Source: Promethearchaeum syntrophicum
Lineage (GTDB): Archaea; Asgardarchaeota; Lokiarchaeia; Sigyniarchaeales; Promethearchaeaceae
Reading direction: 5' to 3'
DNA: 32,000 nucleotides
NCBI RefSeq assembly: GCF_008000775.2
Contig: NZ_CP042905.2
Span: 270,001-302,000 of the forward strand
The position numbers were made by a program, and so were the translations under genes. The notes under the pieces are model-generated. The model saw only the letters and a program-made list of their open reading frames with translations, made no database searches and was not told the origin of the DNA. Shown in pieces: positions 16,597-26,300 of the stretch (position 1 is the stretch's first letter; each line of letters opens with the position of its first letter).

Positions 16597-18123
16597 ATGC
16601 CATTAGTTGAATTAGTTCCAAATTTTTCAGAAGGTCGTAGACAAGATGTAATCGATAAAATTCTTGCTGCGATGAAAGAAGGTAGTAATGCAAAGATCTT
16701 AGATTCAAGAGCAGATCCAGACCATAATCGATTAGTTGTTACATTAGTTGGGGAACCCGAAGAAGTTTTTAATGCAGGGTTTGCAGGAATTAAAACTGCT
16801 GGCGAATTAATTGACATGGATAATCATTCGGGTGAGCATCCGCGTATCGGAGCCACAGATGTAGTTCCATTTGTACCAATAAGTGGAATTACTCTCGAAG
16901 AATGCAACAATTTAGCAAACAGATTAGCAGAAAAGGTTTCAAAGGAATTAAAAATTCCTACTTATCTTTATGAAGCTTCAGCTAAACGACCAGACCGAGT
17001 AAATCTTGCTAATATTCGAAAAGGACAATATGAAGGATTAAAAGAAGCGATAAAGACAGATCCTGAAAGAAAACCTGATTTTGGCCCTTCAATTCTTCCA
17101 AAAGCAGGAGCGACAGTAATTGGCGCTCGTGAATTTTTAATTGCATATAATATCTATCTCAATACAACAAACGTTGAAATAGCAAAAACTATTGGGCGTA
17201 ATATTCGACATAAAAACGGAGGATTTCATTATGTGAAATCGATGGGATTTGAAACCAAACCGTTCGTTCAAGTTTCCATGAATCTTACGAATTATAAAGG
17301 AACCCCTATGCACATGGTTGTCGATACAGTTAGAAATGAAGCTGCCCGATATGGGGTGTCAATTATTGAGACCGAGGTTTATGGAATGATTCCTGTTGAT
17401 GCTTTACTAGAGTCATCAGAACATTATTTGCAATTAAATGATAAATGGGATCGCTCTCAAATTATTGAGAAGAAGATGGAAAGCAAAGGATCGGAAAAAT
17501 CTTTGGAAAATCTATCGGTTAATGAATTTCTTAGTGAATTAGCTTCAGATAGTCCTGCACCAGGAGGAGGTTCTGCATCTTGTGTCGCCGGTGCAATGGG
17601 TGCTGGATTAGCTGCAATGGTTTCAAGATTAACTCTTGGGAAGAAAGGATATGAAGAGTTAGAGCCATTCTTCAGTGAGAAAATAAGCCAATTGGATAGT
17701 CATTATAAGACATTAACAAAATTAATTGATAAAGACGCAAACGCATTTAATGGCGTAATTGCAGCTTTTAAACTTCCTAAAGATACAGAGGATGCAAAAG
17801 CAAAACGTTCTGCAAAAATACAAGAAGAGTACAAAAATGCAGCTTTAATTCCAATGGAAACAGTGAGAACTTGTAAATCTGTATTAGATATTATCTTGGA
17901 AATTGGAACCAAAGGAAATAAGAACGCAATGTCTGATATTGCAGTTGCTACCCTAAATACTTTAACAGGATTAAAAGGTGCAGCTTTTAATGTAGAAATA
18001 AACCTACCCTCAATTAAAGATCAAACATTCAATGCAGAAATGAAGAAAGAACTTGCAGTAATTATGAAAGGTTTAGACGATAAAGTATTAAAATTGATTA
18101 GTGAAGCAAAATCGAAATTTTAA
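16597..18123 (+). CDS. ftcD: bifunctional glutamate formiminotransferase / formimino-THF cyclodeaminase (FTCD-type fusion)
   Basis: The N-terminus LVELVPNFSEGRR is the hallmark of formiminotransferase. The C-terminal SPAPGGGSASCVAGAMGAGLAAMV is the cyclodeaminase/cyclohydrolase (FTCD_C) signature. Confidence 0.85.
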   Translation: MPLVELVPNFSEGRRQDVIDKILAAMKEGSNAKILDSRADPDHNRLVVTLVGEPEEVFNAGFAGIKTAGELIDMDNHSGEHPRIGATDVVPFVPISGITLEECNNLANRLAEKVSKELKIPTYLYEASAKRPDRVNLANIRKGQYEGLKEAIKTDPERKPDFGPSILPKAGATVIGAREFLIAYNIYLNTTNVEIAKTIGRNIRHKNGGFHYVKSMGFETKPFVQVSMNLTNYKGTPMHMVVDTVRNEAARYGVSIIETEVYGMIPVDALLESSEHYLQLNDKWDRSQIIEKKMESKGSEKSLENLSVNEFLSELASDSPAPGGGSASCVAGAMGAGLAAMVSRLTLGKKGYEELEPFFSEKISQLDSHYKTLTKLIDKDANAFNGVIAAFKLPKDTEDAKAKRSAKIQEEYKNAALIPMETVRTCKSVLDIILEIGTKGNKNAMSDIAVATLNTLTGLKGAAFNVEINLPSIKDQTFNAEMKKELAVIMKGLDDKVLKLISEAKSKF

Positions 18124-18141
18124 TTTATATATGTCATTTTT

Positions 18142-19950
18142 TTAAATTAAACTAAGTAATGATGGTTGTAATTTGGTTACTTTTTCCCAAATTTCAGGAG
18201 GAAGAATTTCCAACCATTCTTTTTTATTAATTGGTCTTTTCAAAAGTATCGCTTTTGCCCTTTTTTTTCCGATTCCATCAATGATTTCTAACTCTCGTTG
18301 GCTTAATTCATTTAATATGATTGGTGTTTTTAAACAATTTAAAGATCTGAATCCATGATCAACAACCATTAGATTAAATTTTATTTTTAAATCCAATTTT
18401 CTAGGGACAAAACATGTTATTGGATATGTTCCTGGTTGCCGCAATAAAGTGCCATTACCATCGATTTTTTCTGCATAAACATTTTTTAATTCCCGACCAA
18501 CTGGATAGATTTTTTGAAGCATAGGATGGTCAATTTCGTTTCTTATAGTATCTTTCCATTTATAATACTTAGAAGCAAATTTGTTCAAGTGATTTTTTAT
18601 CTTTTTATTTAATCTGGGATTAAATCCTGCTGGTATAAGAAATTTCCTTAGGTTAATTCTCCTTATCCAATAGTTTTTCTTTAGAATTTTGTGAAGAAAT
18701 TGATAATTAAGGTTTAAAGATTCTTGAGTCTCTCCTGGTAATCCCATTATAAAATTTAATCCTGGCAAAAAGGCAGGATTTCCATTTTTTCCAATAAATT
18801 TTCCATATTTATTAATTACTGATAACGCTTCAAGTATCTCATCAGCTGAAGCTTTTAAATTATTCATTGATATTACATTAGAATCCACTGATTCTATTCC
18901 AATTGCTGCCACATTCCCTTCGGTGCAATATTTAATAATGCTCCTTGTTATTTTTTCTGCTTCCTTGGGATATAATGCAAAATTTAATGCATTTACATTA
19001 TCTATATGAAGTGTTCTAATATCCGGACAGGAATTTCGTATTTTTGATAATAAACTTTCAACTGCTTCAGGATTGGGTTTCGGATATCTTTTATTCTCAT
19101 AAAGACCGTGATTAAATGCATAAAAATCTGTTTGATTTCCTAAACGAAAATGCCTAACTCCTTTATTATAAAGTGATTCTATCTCTTTTACTATAGAATC
19201 AATTTTTCGATGAGCTGTTGGACCTTTTTTTGGTTCAACACAAAATAAACACCCTCCATTGATATATCTGGGGCATCCTCTAAAGGTTTCGATTTCGCAA
19301 ATTAAATTACCCCCTTCAAATCTAGAAAAATTAGGATGATGAATAATTAATTCTGCTCCAATAACTGAAAAATCCAAAATATCTTCCATATTTTCACGTT
19401 TTAATTGCAGAATTTTTTCCATATTTGGATTATTGCCTATTTCTTCATAATTATAAAAAATATTTTCATAATTTTGAAGAAGAGTGGAAAGTACAATTTC
19501 CGAATCCCCTTTAACTATTAAATCCCACTTATTTTCAAGATTCTCCAGTCTTTCAATAGGTATGCTCGGTTTCCCCCCTTCTTCTCCAATTCCAAAAATA
19601 GTTGACGGCCCACAAATAATTTTAAAACTTTCTGAAAAGAAATTTGAGATATGCTTTATATCCGAAAATCGTAAGGGAGTTCCACTAAGATATTTTCCGG
19701 GTACAGATACTCCTGATATCAATATTATAATGTTATTCTCTCTTAACCGATTTAACCCAATTGAGGCTTTATTTTGATAATTATCTTTTAAGACTTTACG
19801 TATCTGATCTATTGTTATATAATCAATTTCCCATGAAGGCTTAATTTTTTTAATGGCTCCATAAATATAACGGGGTAATGGTGCTAAAAATGGTGGAACT
19901 CCTAAGCAACTTGGTTGATCGATATATCCATCGATTATTAACACCCTCAT
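18142..19950 (-). CDS. radical SAM enzyme with an N-terminal flavodoxin/B12-binding-like domain and a C-terminal helix-hairpin-helix motif
   Basis: Cluster motif FRGCPRYINGGCLFC. TIM-barrel-like blocks follow: RHFRLGNQTDF, LHIDNVN, GIESVD, GLPGET. The C-terminal ELEIIDGIGKKRAKAIL is an HhH motif. The track N-terminus (to 20181) overlaps the divergent gene. ATG at 19950 (MRVLIIDGY...) or 19977 is more plausible. Confidence 0.75.
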   Translation of the reverse strand: MRVLIIDGYIDQPSCLGVPPFLAPLPRYIYGAIKKIKPSWEIDYITIDQIRKVLKDNYQNKASIGLNRLRENNIIILISGVSVPGKYLSGTPLRFSDIKHISNFFSESFKIICGPSTIFGIGEEGGKPSIPIERLENLENKWDLIVKGDSEIVLSTLLQNYENIFYNYEEIGNNPNMEKILQLKRENMEDILDFSVIGAELIIHHPNFSRFEGGNLICEIETFRGCPRYINGGCLFCVEPKKGPTAHRKIDSIVKEIESLYNKGVRHFRLGNQTDFYAFNHGLYENKRYPKPNPEAVESLLSKIRNSCPDIRTLHIDNVNALNFALYPKEAEKITRSIIKYCTEGNVAAIGIESVDSNVISMNNLKASADEILEALSVINKYGKFIGKNGNPAFLPGLNFIMGLPGETQESLNLNYQFLHKILKKNYWIRRINLRKFLIPAGFNPRLNKKIKNHLNKFASKYYKWKDTIRNEIDHPMLQKIYPVGRELKNVYAEKIDGNGTLLRQPGTYPITCFVPRKLDLKIKFNLMVVDHGFRSLNCLKTPIILNELSQRELEIIDGIGKKRAKAILLKRPINKKEWLEILPPEIWEKVTKLQPSLLSLI

Positions 19951-20023
19951 TATTCTTTTTCTAATTAACACTTTCATTAATCTTTTTCTAAGAAATTTTA
20001 AGGATTGAATACATTTTTGACAT

Positions 20024-21139
20024 ATGGACAATAGAGTGAAACGGGCGATAATCGTTGGAATCGGAGGCCATGCACATGTTTGGAAGAAGGCTTTAGATGA
20101 ACATCCTGATTGGGAATTAGCAGCAATTGTCGACACCGACACCGATAAACTCGAACATGCACCTAATAGCTGGGGGATCAATAGAAAGGAAGCATTTACA
20201 AGTATCGAAGAAGCGATTCAATTTGGAAAAGGACCCCATGACTTAGCAATACTCGTTACCCCTACATACACACATCATGTTCTTGCAATGGAATCTCTTG
20301 AGGTAGGTTTAAATGTTATAAGTGAAAAAAACCTTGCTTCCAGCATTGATCAAGGTAGACAAATGGTTAAAGCTGCAAAGGCAAATCCACATTTGTGCAC
20401 CGCTGCAGGAACTCAAACAAGATATTTTCCTCAAAATTGGAGTTTAAAGAAATACTATCTCGAAAATAAAAAGACTTTAGGAAGAATTACATCATTAAAT
20501 TTCTCGTATTTATATAATTGGGGAAAAACTCGGCAAGGCTGGCGAAGGTGGCTTAGAGATTTATTTTTAGAAGATATGGCACCTCATCATTTTGATCTAA
20601 TGCGATACTTAACTGATATGGACATTGTTCAAATTCAAGGAGCCACAAATTTCAAACCCACTTTCTCATATTTCAAAGGGTCGTCTACTACCTTTGCAGT
20701 ATTTGCACTTTCAACTCCAGAAAATTATGAAAACCCTGATAACTGGATTTATGCAACATATAGAGGAGATTGGCAAAAAAAGGGAAAATTACAACATACT
20801 GTTGAATTAAATTATGAAGGTGGAGAATTAAATCTAATAGAACAAAAAAAAGAAAAAAAAATTGAAATCTCAATTTTTGATGATGCTGAAGGTTTCCAAT
20901 ATCATAATAAGCCTGTTCCAATAACATCTGATGTAGAATTCAATAAGAAAAATTATTCTTCAGAATTGTTCTTGCTAGAAGAAATGTCTATAGGAATTGA
21001 TTCCAAGGGTAAAATTCAACCAAAGACGAATTACAATGATGCTATTAAATCTTTCGCTGTTTCACGAGGGATAGTTGAGAGTTTTGAAACTGGGAAATCA
21101 GTATATCTTCCAAAATATTGGAAAAATTTACTTGGATAA
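20024..21139 (+). CDS. Gfo/Idh/MocA-family NAD(P)-dependent oxidoreductase
   Basis: N-terminal Rossmann motif AIIVGIGGHAHVW. TPTYTHHVLAMESLEVGLNVISEKNLA corresponds to the family TP...H......AL..GkhVl.EKP block. Confidence 0.75.
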   Translation: MDNRVKRAIIVGIGGHAHVWKKALDEHPDWELAAIVDTDTDKLEHAPNSWGINRKEAFTSIEEAIQFGKGPHDLAILVTPTYTHHVLAMESLEVGLNVISEKNLASSIDQGRQMVKAAKANPHLCTAAGTQTRYFPQNWSLKKYYLENKKTLGRITSLNFSYLYNWGKTRQGWRRWLRDLFLEDMAPHHFDLMRYLTDMDIVQIQGATNFKPTFSYFKGSSTTFAVFALSTPENYENPDNWIYATYRGDWQKKGKLQHTVELNYEGGELNLIEQKKEKKIEISIFDDAEGFQYHNKPVPITSDVEFNKKNYSSELFLLEEMSIGIDSKGKIQPKTNYNDAIKSFAVSRGIVESFETGKSVYLPKYWKNLLG

Positions 21140-21191
21140 TTAAAAAATCTAAAAAAATTGGAATTTAAAATGTATGCCATTTTATTTTTTT

Positions 21192-22244
21192 CTATTCTTC
21201 ATCATTTGAAGAATCATCAATTGGAGAGTCATTATTTGAAGTATCGTTAATCCCAAGTTGGTTGATCATTTGCTTCTTTAATGTTGAAAGATCTCTTGAA
21301 AGTCCAAAAGTATCTGAAAAATTCTCAGTTGTCATCAATTCATAAGATCTTCCCTTTTTCATTGCACTAATAAACCCTCTATCCAATAAAAACTTAACAT
21401 GTTCATATGCTCCCGATCCCCGAATTTTTATTAATTTGGATTTTAGAATCGGTTGTTTTAAAGCAATAATTGTTAGAGTTTTCAAATGCCTGTCTGGTAT
21501 AAGCCCTCCAGTAGCAAATTTTTTAACATTAGGGGTATATTCTGGTTTAATTTGAAGGCTGAATTTATCTTGAATCTGGACAATCTCTAATGCAGTTGCA
21601 CGCATCAAATAATCCAACATTAACTCTTCTAAATTCTTTTCTAAATCTTTTTTCTTAATTTCTGTTTTTATATTAAGTTCTTCTATCGAGATAGGACGAC
21701 CCGCTACAAAAAGAGCACCCTCAATAATATTCTTCATTCGAGAGTTTTCATCAATTTCTTCTGAAACTAACTCTTCCGTTGATAATTCATCACTAACTGC
21801 GGGGGTTTCTAGTGCTTCTGGATTATCTTCATCTATAAATTCTTCGATAGATTCATGAGTTATCTCCTCTCCAGGAATATTATTATCTAATTCTTCATAA
21901 TTTTCTGGAGCTTCTTCTCGTTCTTCTTCCTTCTCTCCCTCTTCTTCTATTAATTCCTTTTCAGCAGGTAAACTCTCAATTTCTTTATCAATTTCTTCTA
22001 AATCAGCTAAAATTTCTTGTTCAATTACATCTTGATCTTTTTCAATATTTTCTTCTTTTGGTTCCGGTTCTTCAATCCTATCTATTTGATGTTCTTCAAT
22101 TGGGGCTTCATCTTCTTCTTCTGCTTCTTCATCTTGATCTAAATCGTCTGGTTCTTGCTGATCACTATTTTCTTCTTCAATTTCATCTAATTCTGGGATT
22201 TCATCATTAATTTCTTTGTTTAAATCATGTTCTTCTTCAAGCAT
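21192..22244 (-). CDS. scpB: ScpB (condensin accessory subunit) with a ~168-aa polyacidic N-terminal extension
   Basis: The ScpB core is IEGALFVAGRPISIEEL...LKTLTIIALKQPILKSKLIKIRG...LLDRGFI...GRSYELMTTENFSDTFGL. AAGGTGA lies 6 nt upstream of the ATG at 22244. The extension is about 50% D/E. Confidence 0.85.
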   Translation of the reverse strand: MLEEEHDLNKEINDEIPELDEIEEENSDQQEPDDLDQDEEAEEEDEAPIEEHQIDRIEEPEPKEENIEKDQDVIEQEILADLEEIDKEIESLPAEKELIEEEGEKEEEREEAPENYEELDNNIPGEEITHESIEEFIDEDNPEALETPAVSDELSTEELVSEEIDENSRMKNIIEGALFVAGRPISIEELNIKTEIKKKDLEKNLEELMLDYLMRATALEIVQIQDKFSLQIKPEYTPNVKKFATGGLIPDRHLKTLTIIALKQPILKSKLIKIRGSGAYEHVKFLLDRGFISAMKKGRSYELMTTENFSDTFGLSRDLSTLKKQMINQLGINDTSNNDSPIDDSSNDEE

Positions 22245-22269
22245 TATATTTCACCTTATTAATATTATA

Positions 22270-23328
22270 TTAACTTAAATTGATGCTAGTTTTATCGACA
22301 AGAGTTACCTCAATTGGGCTCCGCATCGTTCTTTGAGCCATTGTTACTTTATTTAAAGATGCTAAAAATAACAACTCTTCAAAAAGTTGAATGTAATTTA
22401 CCTTTTTCTTCAGTATTGCTTGATCTTCTTGATAAATCATTTTTTTTAGTAATGCAACGGAAAAAGTTTGGCCATCTTTATTCATGCGAATGATTTCCTT
22501 TATTTTTTGATGCGTTTTTTGAAGTCGTTCTTCAATAGTTAATTCGCTCCCAGTAATATGCTTCAAAATTTCAGCAGGTAGTTTTCCTTTTCCCCGTATC
22601 TTAATTTGTTTTTCTCGTTTAGCAAGACTGCGTTCACGCCTAATTCTTAATTTTTCGCGTTTTTGCATAGTTTCAATAATTGCTCTCCTCATTGCACCAA
22701 ACAATTCACTCGAGGTTGCAATTTTTCGACTTTCTCGTAAAGGCTGTGCTATGGCTCTAGGAATTTCTCTTCGTAAACGCGCGCGTGCCTCTTCTCTTTG
22801 AATATGTTCCTCTTCTGCTATCACACTTGTGATTTTCTTATGATAAAATTTCGCAGATGAATAGATCGCTAGCCCAGATATACGAAAATCGATTAATTCT
22901 TCAGTTAACATCTTGTCAATAAATTCTTCTATTAATTTGCTTATATCGAATTTCGCCAGATCTACATTACTCGCCAGATCAGGATCCAATAAAGATCGCC
23001 ATGGTTCCTCAATCCACCATTTTCCTGATTTTTCAAGCACTTCATTTTCATTAATCTCTGAATTATCCTCAATTTCTGCCCCGACTGTAATGACTTCCTT
23101 AATAACAGGTTCTACTTCTTCTTTTTTGACTTTTTTCTTTGATTTTTTCTTATCTACTTTTGGAGATTCTTTCTTTTGATCTGATTTTGGCTTCTCAATT
23201 TTACCAGTTAAACTTGTTTGCTTTAATTTTGTTGTCTTTGCTTTTCTAGTCTTTTTTTTACTAGATTTCTTTGAGGTTGTAGGTTTTTTAGTTGTTTTTT
23301 TTTTCTTTTTTGTTGTTTTCTTTGCCAT
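22270..23328 (-). CDS. scpA: ScpA (kleisin) with a polybasic lysine-rich N-terminal extension
   Basis: The archaeal ScpA-like N-terminal block is LDPDLASNVDLAKFDISKLIEEFIDKM...ISGLAIYSSAKFYHKK. The C-terminal winged-helix-like block is FEELLFLASLNKVTMAQ. The gene sits between smc and scpB, with AGGAGAGG upstream of the ATG. The first ~75 aa are K/T/S-rich (MAKKTTKKKKKTTKKPTTSKKSSKKK...). Confidence 0.75.
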   Translation of the reverse strand: MAKKTTKKKKKTTKKPTTSKKSSKKKTRKAKTTKLKQTSLTGKIEKPKSDQKKESPKVDKKKSKKKVKKEEVEPVIKEVITVGAEIEDNSEINENEVLEKSGKWWIEEPWRSLLDPDLASNVDLAKFDISKLIEEFIDKMLTEELIDFRISGLAIYSSAKFYHKKITSVIAEEEHIQREEARARLRREIPRAIAQPLRESRKIATSSELFGAMRRAIIETMQKREKLRIRRERSLAKREKQIKIRGKGKLPAEILKHITGSELTIEERLQKTHQKIKEIIRMNKDGQTFSVALLKKMIYQEDQAILKKKVNYIQLFEELLFLASLNKVTMAQRTMRSPIEVTLVDKTSINLS

Positions 23329-23345
23329 CCTTCAATTCCTCTCCT

Positions 23346-26300
23346 CTATTCATCAAGTACATCAGTGACTATTGGGGAATCTAAATCTGCATCATCAATT
23401 CCCTCTATTTTAGATCCAAAATCATCGCGATCCTTTTCTTCCTCCAGATCCACATTAAAAATATCGGTAATTCCATCATTCATCGCAACTCCATATATTA
23501 TTTCGGAATTTGTAATATTCTCCTCTCGGTGTGAAATCACCAAAAATTGACTCTGAGACGCATATTCCTTAATAACCATCGACACACGATACACATTTGG
23601 GCCGTCTAAAGCCGCATCTATTTCATCCATGATGTAAAAAGGCGCTGGGTAGAAATTCTGGACTGCGAAAATAAAACTTAAGGCCACCAGTGTTTTTTCA
23701 CCACCTGATAAGATAGTCAAAGATGAAATTTTCTTTCCTCTCGGACGCGCTTCGATGGTAATCCCCCCTTCAAATGGATGAGCCGGATTTTCTAAAATCA
23801 TTTTCGCCGATCCTCCTGGACTAAGCTTTTGGAACACAGCACTAAAAACTCGATTAATCTCATGATAAGCTTTCATGAAGTTTCGCGTTTTTTCCAATTC
23901 AATCCTTTCTATACTATCCAATATTGCTTTTCTTTCACGTTGTAACGTTTGTCTACGCATATCTATTTCATCCCATCTTTCTCTAACTTGTTCGAACTCC
24001 TCGATAGATTTCAGGTTGACTGGTTCTAATGCTGTGCGTTCAGTCGTTACTTTGTTGATTGAATTAGTGAGTTGGGTTTCATCTAAATCATCAGAAACAG
24101 GAGGCAATGTTCCGAATTCTTTTGATTTTTCAAAATATTCATCGATTTTTTCCTCAACATAGATTTTTTCATTTTCTAAATTATTAAATTTCGTGGTATT
24201 CATCGATAAATCTGTGTTAAGTTCCCCTAGTTCATCCCTTAGACTTTTTTGTTTTTCCCAAGACTCGTTAATTTGTGTATTTAATTCTGTTATTGCGTTT
24301 GATTTTTCGGTTCTTTCTTCTTCAAATTTTCCAATTTCTTCAGTTATATATTTAATGCTATCTTCAAAATCAATAATACCATCCTGCAAATCAATGACTT
24401 CACTTTTCATATTCTCAATTTCAATAGCACGATCCTTCATTTGTTGTTGCTTATCACGTTTTTTGTCCAATGCATTCTTTTCATTGGTGAGATCTGAAAG
24501 TGTTCCCCTTTGTTCATTCTCTTTTTGTTCGAGATCTTTGCGTTCTGATTGAATTCCTTCAATTTCAGTATTCTTTACATTGATTTGCTCATCAAATTTC
24601 TCGATATCCGCCTCGAAAGTGGTGATTTTTTCTTTATCTTCATTAATTGTCTCAGTAAATTCTTCATTTTCTAATTTTAGGTTTTCAATATCAGAAATGA
24701 GCTTTTGCACATTTTCTAAATCTTTGAGTTTTGAAATGCTCTCGTTAAATTTCTCATTTTCCCCTTCAATTTGCGCTTCAAGATCGGTTCTAATATCCTC
24801 TGCCGATTCCCTATCCTGTTTTATTTTGCTTATTTTCTCATTTACAGATTTTGTTTCTTCTTGAGCTTTTGTATTACTTTGATTCAGTTCTTCAATAGAT
24901 TTCTTCTTATTCTTAATATTTTCGCGCAATTTTTCTTGATCTTTTGTTGCACTCTCAATATCCTCAAGAAATCGTTTAACTGTGCCTAATGAATTCAGGT
25001 CAGAAATAATACCATTTAATTCCTCTGATTTCGAGTCAATAAGTGATTGTAAATCTTTACTAGATTTCCAAAAATCATCGGAAAATTGTTTAATCTCTGT
25101 AAATTTTGTATTGATATCCTCAATTTCTTTTTTCAGAGTTTCAATTTTGGTGGCTTTTTCCTCTATTTCTATATTACCGTTCTTAATTTTTTCTGTATTG
25201 TCTTCAAAATTTTGAGTTAAATCTTTAAGATCTCTTTTTAAAGTGGCATTTCGATCTTCCTTTTGCTCTAAATTGCTCTCAATCTTTGTTAGTTTATTTG
25301 AAATCTCTAATAATTGGTTTTGTTCTCTTTGAATGCTTTCATTTAACGAATCTAATAACCGATATTGCTCTGATGTATCGGAAACTCCTAACGCCTGAAT
25401 TGCAATTCTAATAGAAGCAAAAACCTCTGTAAAATCTAATACAAAATTATCAAAATTTGATGTAGACTCCACCAATGCTTCTTCACTTGCATCGCGTACG
25501 ACCTCATTTAATTGCTGGATGGGTTGATCCGAATTTTCAATTAAGAAATTTAGTGTAGTGACCACTTGCTCCAATTCAATTTTTATTTCTTCGGCTTCCT
25601 TTGTAGATATTTCTTCAATAGTCCCTAACATGTCGGTAATATCCATCACGAATGATCTTAAAACCGATTCTGATTCGTCAATAGCCACCTGAGTGGCATT
25701 TTGAATATCACTTTTGATATTCCCCGCAGATCGGTCAATATTCTGGATTAATTCATGAACCGTTGTCATTACACTTTCTAACTCATGTGACGATTCCGCC
25801 TGTTCATCCGCCTTTTTATCAATTTTTTCTTGGAGATCTTCCCTATCTGTATTTAATTTCTCCAATTTTTTATTTATATTTTTAGCTTGCTCACTCAGTT
25901 TTTCTTTTTCTATCGTTAAAACATTAATTTCATCCGTTAAATTTGTGTTATGAAGGGTTTTTTCATTTTTCTCGCGCTCGCTTTTCTTTACTTCGCCTTG
26001 AGCATTTTTCAAATCATATTTTACATTTGAGATCCGCTTTTCTAAATCCGCCACTTCATTTTCTAATGATCGTCGTTTTATTTCAAAAGTTTCCTTCTTA
26101 TTTTGCGAATTTTTTTGCTCATCATTTGCCTTCTTCAATTTATTCTTGGCTTCCGCTAATTCGTTATTGAGCAGCGCCTCTTTACTTTTTAAGCCTTTGA
26201 CTTGATCTTCAACCGGGTTCCCTTTTGTGAGTCTATCATATTCTTTTTGAAATCCTTCTTTCTTCTCTTCCAGATCGTTTATTTGTCCATCAAACAGATT

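Noticed and set aside
19951-20181. N-terminal 77-aa extension of the radical SAM ORF (track start 20181)
   Set aside because: The extension overlaps the divergent Gfo/Idh/MocA gene by about 160 nt and is Cys/Ser-rich with no family resemblance. The conserved domain begins at MRVLIIDGY (ATG 19950).
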